Assembly: GCA_965202985.1 (NCBI GenBank)
Contig: CBDBCF010000001.1
Coordinates: 1,184,001 to 1,248,000, forward strand
Length of the DNA: 64,000 bases
Direction: 5' to 3'
From: Longimicrobiales bacterium
GTDB taxonomy: Bacteria; Gemmatimonadota; Gemmatimonadetes; Longimicrobiales; Gaopeijiaceae
Part shown: in pieces, positions 1-10,017 of the stretch
Layout of the letters: the number at the start of each line of letters is the position of its first letter
Position numbering within the stretch: the first letter of the stretch is position 1
Program-made: the position numbers and the translations under genes
Notes under the pieces: model-generated
What the model saw: the letters and a program-made list of their open reading frames with translations, nothing else
The model's database searches: none
Told to the model about the DNA's origin: nothing

Positions 1-558
1 AGCGTTGTCGTTGGCGCCGGGGGCGTCCGATTCGCCGTCGGCGGCGTCCGACGCCCGCGAGTCGATGTCGCCCGACATGATCACGTAGCGGTTCGGAGCG
101 ACCGTTCCCCGCTTGATCGCCAGCACGTTGACCACCCATGTGTCCTGCGGGATGCGGGGGCTGTCCTCGGCGGTCACCAGGCTCCGCTGGTAGACGACTT
201 CGTAGCACCCTCCGCACGCCGCCGATACGCGGTCGAACTCGGCCTTGATCCAGCGACGGGCCGCCCCGATGCCTCGGGAGTCCGACACGGTGTCCGAGAA
301 GGTGTTGCGCGTGCCGAAGCCGGCCAGCGCGCGGATGTCGGCCTCCACGCGCTCCGGGGACGCCGAGGCCGCGATCTCGTAGATGCGCGGGTCCACCTCC
401 GGGGGCGGCGCCTGGGCGGCAAGGGGAGGAGCGGGAGCGAACGCGACGGCGAGCGATGCGATCGTCGCCACAGCAGCTGTCGCCGGCGCGGCGGCGTTGG
501 CGAACCAAACGGCTGGAGGCGGCGTTCCTCCGGTGTGGTCCAGGTTGCTCAAGTCCAT
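1..558 (-). CDS. M28 family metallopeptidase (runs off the window edge)
   Basis: Manual translation from ATG 558 (AAGGAG RBS): signal-like N-terminus, then LAGFGTRNT...VNVLAIKRG...IMSGDIDSR...APGANDNA, typical of M28 peptidases. Confidence 0.85.
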   Translation of the reverse strand, partial: MDLSNLDHTGGTPPPAVWFANAAAPATAAVATIASLAVAFAPAPPLAAQAPPPEVDPRIYEIAASASPERVEADIRALAGFGTRNTFSDTVSDSRGIGAARRWIKAEFDRVSAACGGCYEVVYQRSLVTAEDSPRIPQDTWVVNVLAIKRGTVAPNRYVIMSGDIDSRASDAADGESDAPGANDNA

Positions 559-1613
559 TCTCCTTGTTGGCTGGGCGCTTTCCGTCTGCTCCGGGCTTCG
601 CGTCCCGCTCCGGCGCGCCCGCCGTTTTCGGCTCCGTTCCCCCACTCCAGCAGGATCTTGCCGAAGTTCCGGTTCGCCTCCATTCGCCGGTGGGCGTCCG
701 CCGCCTCCTCCGCTGGAAAGATGCGGTCCACGATCGGCTTGAGCGAACCGTCGGCGAAGCCCGGCAGGACGTCCGTCTCGAACTCTCGCGCCAGCGCGGC
801 CTTCTCCTCCACCGGTCGAGCCCGCAGCATCGTACCCATCATGCGCGCGCGCCGCACCATGAGAAGGCGCAGGTCGACCTCTGCCCGCGCGCCCCCCGGC
901 ACCCCCACAACGACGTGGCGTCCCCGCGGCGCGACCGCGGCTTGGTTCCGCTCCAAGTAAGGCCCTCCCACGAGGTCCAGGATCACGTCGGCCCCGCGCC
1001 CGTCCGTCGCGTCCTTCACGGCCCGCTGCCAATCGCCATCTCCGTCCAGCCCCAGCACCAGCCCCATCTCCGCAGCCCGCTCCAGCTTGGCCGGCGTACG
1101 CGAAGTCCCGATCACCCGAGCCCCTGCCCGTCGCGCCAGCTGGAGGGCCGCCGTCCCCACGCCGCTCCCGACCGCGTGCACCAGCAGCGTCTCGCCCGCC
1201 TCGAGCCCCCCTTGCCGAAAGACGGCATCGTAGGCGGTCATGTAGACCTCGGGGATTGCCCCCGCCTCCCGCACGTCCACTCCAGCCGGGACCGCAACCG
1301 CCACCGTCTCGTGGACCACGACCCTCTCCGCGTAACCGCCTCCGGCCACGATCCCCATGACGCGCTGACCGGGCCGCCACCGGGTCGTTCCGGGCCCGAC
1401 CGCCTCCACCGTCCCCGCGAACTCCAACCCCGGCACCTCCGACTCGCCCGGCGGCGGCGGGTAGAGCCCCCGTCGCTGCAGGAGGTCCGCCCGGTTGACC
1501 CCCGACACGACCACGCGCACCGCGATCTCTCGGTTGCCCGGCGCCGGCTCGGGCACGGAGGCGACCCGAAGGACTTCCGGCCCTCCGAACTCGGGAACGA
1601 CGACGGCGCGCAT
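549..1613 (-). CDS. NAD(P)H-quinone oxidoreductase, PIG3/zeta-crystallin family
   Basis: GVNRADLLQRRGLYPPPPG, VPGLEFAG, HAVGSGVG, NFGKILL. Confidence 0.93.
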   Translation of the reverse strand: MRAVVVPEFGGPEVLRVASVPEPAPGNREIAVRVVVSGVNRADLLQRRGLYPPPPGESEVPGLEFAGTVEAVGPGTTRWRPGQRVMGIVAGGGYAERVVVHETVAVAVPAGVDVREAGAIPEVYMTAYDAVFRQGGLEAGETLLVHAVGSGVGTAALQLARRAGARVIGTSRTPAKLERAAEMGLVLGLDGDGDWQRAVKDATDGRGADVILDLVGGPYLERNQAAVAPRGRHVVVGVPGGARAEVDLRLLMVRRARMMGTMLRARPVEEKAALAREFETDVLPGFADGSLKPIVDRIFPAEEAADAHRRMEANRNFGKILLEWGNGAENGGRAGAGREARSRRKAPSQQGEWT

Positions 1614-1673
1614 GGAGCGAATGATGGGGCAAGGGGGAAGGGGCGGCTAGCGGTAGGACGAGCGCCCGTCCGG

Positions 1674-2015
1674 TCACTCCCGCGGTTCTGCGCCCGTCTC
1701 GGCACCCCTGGTCAGGACGACGTAGGCGCGCTTGATCTCGCGACGGAAAGAATCGGGCAACCGGTTCCAGTCGCGAACATCCACGAGGAACGGGATGTTC
1801 GACTCGCTCAGTGCGTCCATCAGCGCCGACAGCCGACGCAAGGGAATTCGCTCGTGCCCCGGGGCCCGCAACACGAGGTCCAGGTCGCTGGCGTCGTGGC
1901 TGCGGCCGTTGACGCGGCTGCCGTACGCCCACACCTCGGCTTCGGGCACGTGCGTGCGCAACAGCTCCGCAAGCATCTTCCGATGGCGAGGCGCCAAGTG
2001 CAGTCGTTCGGTCAC
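1674..2015 (-). CDS. MNT (minimal nucleotidyltransferase) antitoxin
   Basis: YGSRVNGRSHDASDLDL = GSx10DxD; GTGA overlap with the upstream HEPN gene. Confidence 0.9.
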   Translation of the reverse strand: MTERLHLAPRHRKMLAELLRTHVPEAEVWAYGSRVNGRSHDASDLDLVLRAPGHERIPLRRLSALMDALSESNIPFLVDVRDWNRLPDSFRREIKRAYVVLTRGAETGAEPRE

Positions 2016-2443
2016 GGGGCGCTCCGAACCGCTTCCGCAAGCGCACGCGCATCCGATATGAACTCCGGCAGCAACTGGAGCGTGTCCGTGGCGAATACTT
2101 GACCGTAGTCGTGGGCGACGACGTTGCGGGCATCACGGTATTCGAGCCAGCGCTCGCACGCGTCGGCGGAGATCAAGCCGTGCTTTGCGGCGTGTCGAAA
2201 CACGTCCTTGAAGGAAAGGCGGTCGGCTTGGCGGTCGCTCGCAAAGAAGGGCCGCAAGCGTCGTTTCAGCAGCTTGCCGCTCAGTTCCAGCGCCACTTCG
2301 AACTCCTTGACGCAAGCCGCTCGTCCCACGGCGTAGGCGGTGTCGCCGGGCTCGGCATCGAGAAGCCACTCGCGGGCTTGGTCCAGAGCCTGGATGCAAC
2401 GCTCCAAGTGCTCGGTCTGGATATGGGCCGGTCGTTCCTCCAA
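2012..2443 (-). CDS. HEPN / nucleotidyltransferase substrate-binding protein (HI0074-like), putative RNase toxin
   Basis: KEFEVALELSGKLLKR, FKDVFRHAAKHGLI, RNVVAHDY (Rx4H followed by DY); TTG start at 2443 inferred from an AGAGGA RBS. Confidence 0.88.
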   Translation of the reverse strand: MEERPAHIQTEHLERCIQALDQAREWLLDAEPGDTAYAVGRAACVKEFEVALELSGKLLKRRLRPFFASDRQADRLSFKDVFRHAAKHGLISADACERWLEYRDARNVVAHDYGQVFATDTLQLLPEFISDARALAEAVRSAP

Positions 2444-2522
2444 GGCGTCTGTCCTCTTCGGGCCGGAATGCCCTCGGGGCCTCGTGTCTGGCGGTCGGCC
2501 TTCGATCCGTCGCTGGACCGCG

Positions 2523-4013
2523 CTACAGGAGTTCGCGAGCAACGGCCAGACCCCTGACGACCGCCGCGTCGAACCAGTCGGCAAAGCGGTCGGTGACCGC
2601 ATGCCCGGCTTCTTTGTAGTTGACCTGAAACGGCTCCTCCGTCAACGCCCCGACGTTGCTGGCGGGGATGACGAAGTCCCCGTTCGGGTCCTTCTCGTAG
2701 ACGCAGACCGACCCGACGATCACGCCCCTGAATTCGTGGCCGAGACCGTGAAGCGACAGCAGGATCTCGGAGCGCGTCGGCGTGATCAAGACGAGCCGGG
2801 CCCAGGAGTGATGCGACCCGACGTTGGCAAAGTATCCGAGCGCCTTCGCCGTCTCGACAACCTGATACCGAAACCAGTGCGCCTTGTCGTCGCCGTTGTT
2901 GCAATCGGCGAAGAACTTGAACGGGCGACCCGACGGCGCCACCGGCTGCAACTCGGAACCCAGCTTCTGGGCAAGCTGCCGCAGCTTCTCGAACGCCGTG
3001 CCTTGAAGCCCTGCGCTCAACTCCTTGGCTCGATTCCATGTGCTCGCCAGCTCGCGCGGTCGCCGTTTCTCCAGAGTCTCGTGCATGGCGGCGATGACGG
3101 CATCCTGCCTTTGCACTTGTTGCCTTGCCTGCGCGGCGACGCCCAACGCACGGATGAACTCCTTCTTCTCAATGCGAGCGAACATCTCGACGAGCGGGCC
3201 GAGCTCGCCCTGGTCGGCGTCTTTCAGCGCATCGATGTAGACGTCTCGCTGGGCGTTCTCGACCACAAGCGGAAATCCGCCGGCTTTCAGCAGCACAAGC
3301 GTGGTCAACGTCCGCGCCACCCGACCGTTTCCGTCCTGAAACGGATGGATCTGGGCGAACCTGTGATGAAGCCAAGCGGCCTGGACCTCCGCCGCCACTC
3401 CTTCCGACTCGTGGCAGCGATGCATTTCGATCAGCCGATCCATCTCGGAAGCGACCTGCTCCGGTGGACAGTATTCGTGAATCCTGCCATCCGCTTCCCG
3501 AGGGTTGTTGGGGCGTTGCTTGTAGTCGCCTCTTCGCAGCGGAACCTTGAATGGCCTGCCCAGCGCATCGACCGCCTCGGCGTGAGTCTGGTTGGCGGTC
3601 AGTACCGAGTGCAGCTCCTTGACGTACGACGTGCCGAGCTCCCGACTGTCCGCCACGAAGTCGAACAACCCCGTCACGGCGTCGTGCTGGTCGCGGATCA
3701 TGCGGATCACGTGCTCCGGGTCGCCGTTCGTGGCGCCGTGAGGAACAAGGGCCGCGTCCAAGCCCCGTTCCACCAGCAACACCGTGGTGCCGCGATCCAG
3801 CGTGTACAGGCGTTCGATCAGCCCCGTCTCGATCGCCAGGCGGCGCACCAAGCGTACGTGGAACTCCCTCACCGCGTCGTCGGCCTCGAGCTCGGCCTTC
3901 TGTTCTCGCCAAACGGCCCGCAGGGCTGCCAAGTCGTCGTGGGCCAGCGCACAGTGGTCGGCCGGCAGGTCGGCGATCGGGCTCCATTGATGTGCGAATT
4001 CATGTTGCGACAC
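2523..4013 (-). CDS. Fic family protein with long C-terminal extension
   Basis: HPFQDGNGRVAR Fic motif; N-terminal ETGLIE inhibitory-helix-like motif; GTG start after GAGGAGG. Confidence 0.9.
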   Translation of the reverse strand: MSQHEFAHQWSPIADLPADHCALAHDDLAALRAVWREQKAELEADDAVREFHVRLVRRLAIETGLIERLYTLDRGTTVLLVERGLDAALVPHGATNGDPEHVIRMIRDQHDAVTGLFDFVADSRELGTSYVKELHSVLTANQTHAEAVDALGRPFKVPLRRGDYKQRPNNPREADGRIHEYCPPEQVASEMDRLIEMHRCHESEGVAAEVQAAWLHHRFAQIHPFQDGNGRVARTLTTLVLLKAGGFPLVVENAQRDVYIDALKDADQGELGPLVEMFARIEKKEFIRALGVAAQARQQVQRQDAVIAAMHETLEKRRPRELASTWNRAKELSAGLQGTAFEKLRQLAQKLGSELQPVAPSGRPFKFFADCNNGDDKAHWFRYQVVETAKALGYFANVGSHHSWARLVLITPTRSEILLSLHGLGHEFRGVIVGSVCVYEKDPNGDFVIPASNVGALTEEPFQVNYKEAGHAVTDRFADWFDAAVVRGLAVARELL

Positions 4014-4154
4014 CACGGCCTCCTCGGAGACGACATCCGTTCTGCTAGGCGCACGAGAGAAGATAGCGCCGCCCGGCCACCTCCAAGCGCCGACTACCCC
4101 TCGAGCGGCTCGCCAAGTGCCGAGAAGACGCAGGGCGGCGTTATACTTGGCCCT

Positions 4155-5000
4155 ATGACCAGCCTGCCCTTCGAGCTCGACAGGCCCATCGTCTTCTTCG
4201 ACTTGGAGACGACGGGCCGAAGCGCGGCCAGCGACCGGATCGTGGAGCTGGCGGCGATCAAGATCGGCCCCGACGGCGACCGCGACGAACGAGTGCGCCG
4301 CTTCAACCCCGAGATGCCGATCCCCGCGGAAGCCACGGAGATCCACGGGATCGCCGACGAGGACGTGAAGGACGAGCCTCCGTTCCGCAGCCGAGCCAAG
4401 TCGCTGGCGGAGTTCCTGGGAGCGTGCGACCTGGGCGGCTTCAACATTCGGCGCTACGACCTTCCGATGCTCATGGCCGAGTTCCGCCGCGCGGCCATCC
4501 CCTTCGAGGTCGGCGACCGACGCCTGGTGGACGTGCAGGTCATCTACCACCAGCAGGAACCCAGGAACCTGACGGCGGCGGTCAAGTTCTACCTGAACCG
4601 CGACCACAGCAAAGAAGCGCATCGAGCCCTGGACGACGCCAGCGCCACTCTGGACGTCATGATCGCGCAGATGGAGCGCTACGACCTGCCCCGCAGCATC
4701 AAGGGGCTTCACGACCTCTGCAACGAGTACGCGCCCTTCGAGTCCGAGTTCGACCGCTGGTTCTCCAAGACACTGGCCAGCGATGCGTCCGAGGGCGGCG
4801 CGCTGGTCTTCCGACGCGGCAAGCACCGGGGCACGCCGTTGGACGAAGTGGCCCGCGACAAGCCGGACTACTTGGAGTGGATGCTCCGCCTTGAAGACTT
4901 GGACGCCCAGGTGCTCGACGCCGCAAGAGACGCCCTGGGCCGCCACGACCCCAACCAAACCGTGCTCGACCTGCCGAAACCATCGGAGCCCGACTCATGA
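4155..5000 (+). CDS. DEDDh 3'-5' exonuclease (DnaQ/epsilon-like) with small C-terminal domain
   Basis: VFFDLETTG, GFNIRRYDLP, AHRALDDA; C-terminal FRRGKHRGTPLDEVARDKPDYLEWML. Confidence 0.9.
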   Translation: MTSLPFELDRPIVFFDLETTGRSAASDRIVELAAIKIGPDGDRDERVRRFNPEMPIPAEATEIHGIADEDVKDEPPFRSRAKSLAEFLGACDLGGFNIRRYDLPMLMAEFRRAAIPFEVGDRRLVDVQVIYHQQEPRNLTAAVKFYLNRDHSKEAHRALDDASATLDVMIAQMERYDLPRSIKGLHDLCNEYAPFESEFDRWFSKTLASDASEGGALVFRRGKHRGTPLDEVARDKPDYLEWMLRLEDLDAQVLDAARDALGRHDPNQTVLDLPKPSEPDS

Positions 5001-7936
5001 CCACGACCGCTGCCCCCGCCGCCCCTCGCGCCCGTGCCGTCGCGCGCCTCGTCGCGCTCGCGCTGGCCCTCGCGGCCGCGACCGCCCTTCCCCAGCAGCC
5101 CGCCGCCGCCCAGCAGCCCGTCGCCGAAGCCGACCTGGCCGCCTTCCAGCCGCGCCACGTCGGCCCCGCGCTCACGGGCGGCCGCATCCACGACGTGGAG
5201 GCCCTGCCGGACGATCCCTCCACGATCTACGTGGCCACGGCTTCGGGCGGGCTGTGGAAGAGCACCAACCGGGGGATCACGTGGTCGAACCTGTGGGAGC
5301 ACATGCCCACGAGCACCTTCGGCGACGTGGCCGTGGCGCCGTCGAACCCGCAGGTCGTCTACGCCGGTACCGGCGAGCAGCAGAACCGGCAGAGCACGTC
5401 GTGGGGCAACGGCGTCTACCGCTCCGACGACGGCGGCGCCACGTGGACGCACCTGGGCCTGGTCGAGACGCGCCACACCGGACGCATCCAGGTGCACCCC
5501 GAGAACCCGGACGTGGTTTACGTGGCCGCGCTGGGGAACCTCTGGCGCTCCTCCGCCGAGCGGGGCGTGTACCGCTCCGCCGACGGCGGCCGCACCTGGG
5601 ACAAGGTCCTGTACGTGGACGAGCACACCGGCGCCGTGGACCTGGCCATGGACCCGTCCGACCCGCTTACGCTCTACGCCGCCACCTACCAGCGCCAGCG
5701 CCGAACTTGGGGCTTCAACGGCGGCGGCCCCGGCAGCGGCATCCACAAGACCACCGACGGGGGCGACACGTGGCGACCGCTGACCAACGGTCTTCCCGAA
5801 GGCGACAAGGGACGGATCGGGATCGCCGTATCGCGCACGCGGCCGCAGGTGCTCAACGCCCTGGTGCAGCACGCGACCGAGTCCGGCGGATACCGCAGCG
5901 AAGACGGCGGCGAGAGCTGGCGGAAGGTCAGCGACCAGAACATCAGGCCCATGTACTACTCGCACGTCTATATCGACCCCACGGACGAGAACCGCGTCTA
6001 CACGCTGGCCACCTCGTCGTTCCGGAGCGAAGACGGGGGCCGCACCTTCGAAGAGATCGCCGCCAGGCCCACCTACGACGTGGGCGTCCACGCCGACCAC
6101 CACGCCATGTGGATCGACCCCGGCGACCCGAACCACTTCTACTTGGCGGGCGACGCCGGCCTCCACGAGACCTACGACCGGGGCGTCACCTTCCGGCGCA
6201 TCCACAACCTGCCGATCGGCCAGTTCTACGGCATCCACGTGGACAACCGCGACCCGTACTGGATCTACGGCGGCATGCAGGACAACCACTCGTGGATGGG
6301 ACCATCGGCCACGCGCTCGTGGGAAGGGATCGTGGACGACGACTGGCGCCAGACCGGCTTCGGCGACGGCATGTACCAGCAGGCCGCGCCCGACGGACGC
6401 ACCGTCTACATCAACTCCCAGAACGGCAACTGGACCCGCTTCGACCGCACAACCGGCGACATGATCAGCCTTCGCCTGACCGCGCCCCAAGGCGAGGAAC
6501 CGTACCGCTGGGACTGGGTGTCGCCCAGCCTGCTGTCGCGCCACGACCCGTCGGTGGTGTACGTGGGCGGCAACCGCCTCTTCGTGTCTCGGGACCGGGG
6601 CGACACCTTCTCCCGCACCGACGACCTGACCCGTGGCCAGGACCGCGACGAGCTGGAGATCATGGGCGTCAAGGGTCGGGAGATCGCCCTGTCCCGAAAC
6701 GACGGCACTTCCACGTACGGCGAGATCGTCACGATCGCCGAGTCGCCGCTGGACGCGGCCGTCCTGTGGGTGGGAACCGACGACGGCAACGTGCAGGTGT
6801 CCCGCGACGGAGGCCGCACCTGGAACGAGGTGTCGGGGGGCGCCCAGGGCGTGGCGGACGACACCTACGTCAGCCGCGTGGCCGCGTCGGCTCGGGCGCC
6901 GGGGACGGCCTACGTCGCCTTCGACGCCCACCGAGACGGCGACTTCGCACCCTACCTGTACCGCACCGACGACTACGGCGAACGCTGGACGGCCTTGCAC
7001 GACGGGCTGCCGAGCGGCTCCGTCAACGTGGTGGCGGAGCACCCCGACAACCCCGACGTGCTCTTCGTCGGGACCGAGCATCACGTGTTCGCCAGCACCG
7101 ACGCCGGCGCCTCTTGGGCCAAGTTCCCCGGCTTACCCACCACCGCCTACGACGACCTGGTGGTCCACCCGCGCGAGAAGGACCTGGTGCTGGGCACCCA
7201 CGGCCGCTCCATCATCGTGCTGGACGACATCGCCCCGCTGGCGGAGTTCGCCGCCTCCGCCGACCGGCCCGTCTTCCTCTACGCCGTCCGCGCCGGCACG
7301 ATCATGAGCTACTGGAAGGACACGTCGTACCGCGCCCAAGGCGTCTTCATGGGCCAGAACCCGGCCGACGGCGTCCTCGTCGCGTACCGCCTGGGCGCTT
7401 CGGACGCCGCCGCCGGAGACGACGCCCGCGCCCGCCTGGTGGTTCGGAACGCTGCCGGCGAGACGGTCCGCTCCATGGACGTGCCCGGGTCGCCGGGCCT
7501 CCACCGGGTCAACTGGGACCTGCGCCACGGCCTGCCGGGACAGCCCGCCGGCCAGCCCGCTTGGAGCGCCCACGACCCGACCCGGGTCCCGCGCACGCTG
7601 GAGAACCGAGGCCCGTTCGTGTCGCCCGGCGTCTACACGGCCGAACTCTCGGCCGGGGGCAGCACGCACAGCCGCGCCTTCCGGGTTCGGGGCGATCCCG
7701 ACCTGCCCCTGACGGTGGAAGACTACCGGGAGCGGGAGGCGTTCCTGCTGGAGGTGCTGGCGCTTCGGCGCTCGTTGGAAGGTGCGCCCGCCCCGGCTGC
7801 TCGCCACCGCCGAACGCTCCAGCAGCTGTACGGCGCGATCAACGGCGGCGGCGTCCGCCAAGGCACCCTCCATCCGCCCACTGCCACGCAACGGCGCCAA
7901 CTGGAGGAAATCAAGGCCGCGTTGCAGGAGGGCTGA
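4997..7936 (+). CDS. Secreted VPS10/sortilin-like BNR (Asp-box) repeat protein, putative glycosyl hydrolase
   Basis: Signal peptide; many SxDGGxTW Asp-boxes; GGMQDN; LGTHGRS. Confidence 0.88.
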   Translation: MTTTAAPAAPRARAVARLVALALALAAATALPQQPAAAQQPVAEADLAAFQPRHVGPALTGGRIHDVEALPDDPSTIYVATASGGLWKSTNRGITWSNLWEHMPTSTFGDVAVAPSNPQVVYAGTGEQQNRQSTSWGNGVYRSDDGGATWTHLGLVETRHTGRIQVHPENPDVVYVAALGNLWRSSAERGVYRSADGGRTWDKVLYVDEHTGAVDLAMDPSDPLTLYAATYQRQRRTWGFNGGGPGSGIHKTTDGGDTWRPLTNGLPEGDKGRIGIAVSRTRPQVLNALVQHATESGGYRSEDGGESWRKVSDQNIRPMYYSHVYIDPTDENRVYTLATSSFRSEDGGRTFEEIAARPTYDVGVHADHHAMWIDPGDPNHFYLAGDAGLHETYDRGVTFRRIHNLPIGQFYGIHVDNRDPYWIYGGMQDNHSWMGPSATRSWEGIVDDDWRQTGFGDGMYQQAAPDGRTVYINSQNGNWTRFDRTTGDMISLRLTAPQGEEPYRWDWVSPSLLSRHDPSVVYVGGNRLFVSRDRGDTFSRTDDLTRGQDRDELEIMGVKGREIALSRNDGTSTYGEIVTIAESPLDAAVLWVGTDDGNVQVSRDGGRTWNEVSGGAQGVADDTYVSRVAASARAPGTAYVAFDAHRDGDFAPYLYRTDDYGERWTALHDGLPSGSVNVVAEHPDNPDVLFVGTEHHVFASTDAGASWAKFPGLPTTAYDDLVVHPREKDLVLGTHGRSIIVLDDIAPLAEFAASADRPVFLYAVRAGTIMSYWKDTSYRAQGVFMGQNPADGVLVAYRLGASDAAAGDDARARLVVRNAAGETVRSMDVPGSPGLHRVNWDLRHGLPGQPAGQPAWSAHDPTRVPRTLENRGPFVSPGVYTAELSAGGSTHSRAFRVRGDPDLPLTVEDYREREAFLLEVLALRRSLEGAPAPAARHRRTLQQLYGAINGGGVRQGTLHPPTATQRRQLEEIKAALQEG

Positions 7937-7978
7937 CCGCGCCTTCGGCGCAGGCGCAAGCTCCGGCCAAGGCGATTA

Positions 7979-8632
7979 CTAACGATACCCCAGCGGCACT
8001 CCCAGGATGAACTCGAAGGCGTCGTCTTCCACGGGGTCGAACCGCCGGTCCCGCCTGAAGCGCCCTTCCAGGTGAACGGGCACGTTGCCCGCCGCCACCA
8101 CCAGTCCACCGCCGAACCCCCACGTCACGAAGGTGTTCCCCTCGTACGCGCGGGTTGTGGGGTTGAACTGCGAGAAGGCCCTGGGAAACGCGCGCCCGAA
8201 GAAGACGAAGAAGTGCGGCAAGCCCAGGACGTCGGTCTTCACGCCCCCGTAGGCGGTTGCCAAGTAGCTCATCTTGATCTCTGTCTGCCCCCCGCAAGGA
8301 CCGGAAGGGCAGTCGGTACGCGATTCGTTTACCGCCAGGGTCGCGCCTTCGACGCCCAAATACGTCGCCACCCGCATCCCGGAGGACACCCGCGTCCAGA
8401 CGTTCCCGGTCAGACGGATGCCCGCCAGGGGCGCCGCCGGCAAGCGCTGTTCCCTAGGCGTCGTCGAGACGCCCAAGTAGGGCAGCACGCCCAGGGTAAA
8501 CCGGGGCTCGGTCGAGGCCGGCTGCTGGGCTTCCAGCGCGAGCGCCGACAACGACGCCAACACGACCGAAGCCGCCGCTAGGCGGACCACGCCGCCGGGG
8601 CTTCGTCTTGCAAATGCGATCCATTTCGTCAC
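7979..8632 (-). CDS. Hypothetical secreted protein, probable small outer-membrane beta-barrel
   Basis: Signal peptide (ALEA|QQ); alternating amphipathic strands; C-terminal FEFILGVPLGYR. Confidence 0.55.
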   Translation of the reverse strand: MTKWIAFARRSPGGVVRLAAASVVLASLSALALEAQQPASTEPRFTLGVLPYLGVSTTPREQRLPAAPLAGIRLTGNVWTRVSSGMRVATYLGVEGATLAVNESRTDCPSGPCGGQTEIKMSYLATAYGGVKTDVLGLPHFFVFFGRAFPRAFSQFNPTTRAYEGNTFVTWGFGGGLVVAAGNVPVHLEGRFRRDRRFDPVEDDAFEFILGVPLGYR

Positions 8633-8688
8633 TGCGCCCTCCGGGCTTGGGGGTTGGGCGAAGGCAGGTTGTCAAACCTAACGACAGG

Positions 8689-10017
8689 CTAGAAGAACCG
8701 AAAGAACCCGCCTCCACCGTCGAACCGATTGTTGACTACGTTGTTGTAGATCGAACCAAACTGAAAGGAAAAGCCGACCTCGATGCCGTAGTTGAAGTCC
8801 TGGCTGCGCTGCTGGAGGTTGAGGAGCGCCTCGGCATCGGTGACGCCTTCCGCCGACAGGTAGATCTGGTCGTTCACCCACGAGATGTTGCCCTCGGCGC
8901 TGACCGTCAGCCCCCTGGCGATCCGAAAGTCCAAGTCGCCCCGGAGCGACACGTTGTACAAGTCCTCGTTGTGCAGAAAGTGCGACGCCAGCACTCGCAC
9001 GGAAGCGTCGCCCCAAGGCTGGCGCTGCGAAAGTTCCAGCTCCAGCGACTGCTCCCACCGAGTCTCGGCGGATTGGCCGAAGACCGTCTCGTCGATGTAG
9101 TTCCGGTAGGCGGGTCCGATCTTGTAGAAGCCCGTGAGCGCCCGTCGCGTCGCTTCTTCGTAGGGGAAGACGCTGTACTCCAGGGCGGGCGTGAACTCTG
9201 CGCGGAAGTCTTGGTTGAAGCGCGTGGCCCGGCTGACTTCGCCCTGAATCCCCACCGACCAGTGCTCCGCCAAGGAGTAGGCGACGAGCTGCCTGAAGCC
9301 CCAGTCGATCCTCTGATCCACGAAGGCGGAGTCGTCGGCCAGGTCGATCTCGCGACGGTTGAAGTTCACGTTGCCGCGCAAGTTCGTCTTCCAGGTGGGC
9401 GTCACTCGCGACGCGCTGAAGCTTCCGTCCACGCGGTTGGTGCGGCGCGTGGCCTCTCCGTCCAGCTCGGTCCGACCGCCCACCCGAAAGACCCAGAAGT
9501 TCCACGGATCGTCCACCTCTTCTTGGCCGACCACGCGAGCGCCCGGGTCCACGGCGTCCGGACCGGCGGCAACCACCGAGGCCGGGGGATCGAAGCCCGC
9601 GGCGCTGGCGAAGTGGAGCAGGCCCACCGCCAGGGCGTGGGCGATGCCGTCCAGCGCCTCGCGGTCGGTGTCCGTGGGCAGCGTCTGATAGCGCAGCTGC
9701 TCCTGGTAGCCGAACCGCTCGCTGCCGATGAAGTCCAGCTGGTATTCTCGACCGCCCGCCCCCGTGGCCTGGGAAGTGACGATGAGGTGGACATCCGAGT
9801 CTTCGGGCAGCCTGACCCAGTTCACCCAAGGCAGCTCGGTCCTGTAGTAGTTCAAGTTGCAGCGACGGCCCGAACAGTCGAAGAAGACGCTGGGACGGCT
9901 GGCGTCCACATCTGCCGGCGACTGCCCGTCCAGGCACGCGGGCGCGCCGGCGAAGGCGGCCGCAGCGGCCAGAAACACGGCGACGGCGGCAGCCGCGGCC
10001 GCGCCGGGCGCCGTCAA
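8689..10017 (-). CDS. Outer-membrane beta-barrel protein with N-terminal periplasmic domain
   Basis: TTG start overlaps the upstream stop; signal peptide; VFFDC...C; C-terminal GFSFQFGSIYNNVVNNRF. Confidence 0.7.
   Translation of the reverse strand: MTAPGAAAAAAVAVFLAAAAAFAGAPACLDGQSPADVDASRPSVFFDCSGRRCNLNYYRTELPWVNWVRLPEDSDVHLIVTSQATGAGGREYQLDFIGSERFGYQEQLRYQTLPTDTDREALDGIAHALAVGLLHFASAAGFDPPASVVAAGPDAVDPGARVVGQEEVDDPWNFWVFRVGGRTELDGEATRRTNRVDGSFSASRVTPTWKTNLRGNVNFNRREIDLADDSAFVDQRIDWGFRQLVAYSLAEHWSVGIQGEVSRATRFNQDFRAEFTPALEYSVFPYEEATRRALTGFYKIGPAYRNYIDETVFGQSAETRWEQSLELELSQRQPWGDASVRVLASHFLHNEDLYNVSLRGDLDFRIARGLTVSAEGNISWVNDQIYLSAEGVTDAEALLNLQQRSQDFNYGIEVGFSFQFGSIYNNVVNNRFDGGGGFFRFF

Noticed and set aside
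2340..4958. Apparent giant Fic (811 aa) and exonuclease (886 aa) ORFs overlapping head to head
   Set aside because: Upstream extensions are antisense read-through; plausible starts are 4013 (-) and 4155 (+)
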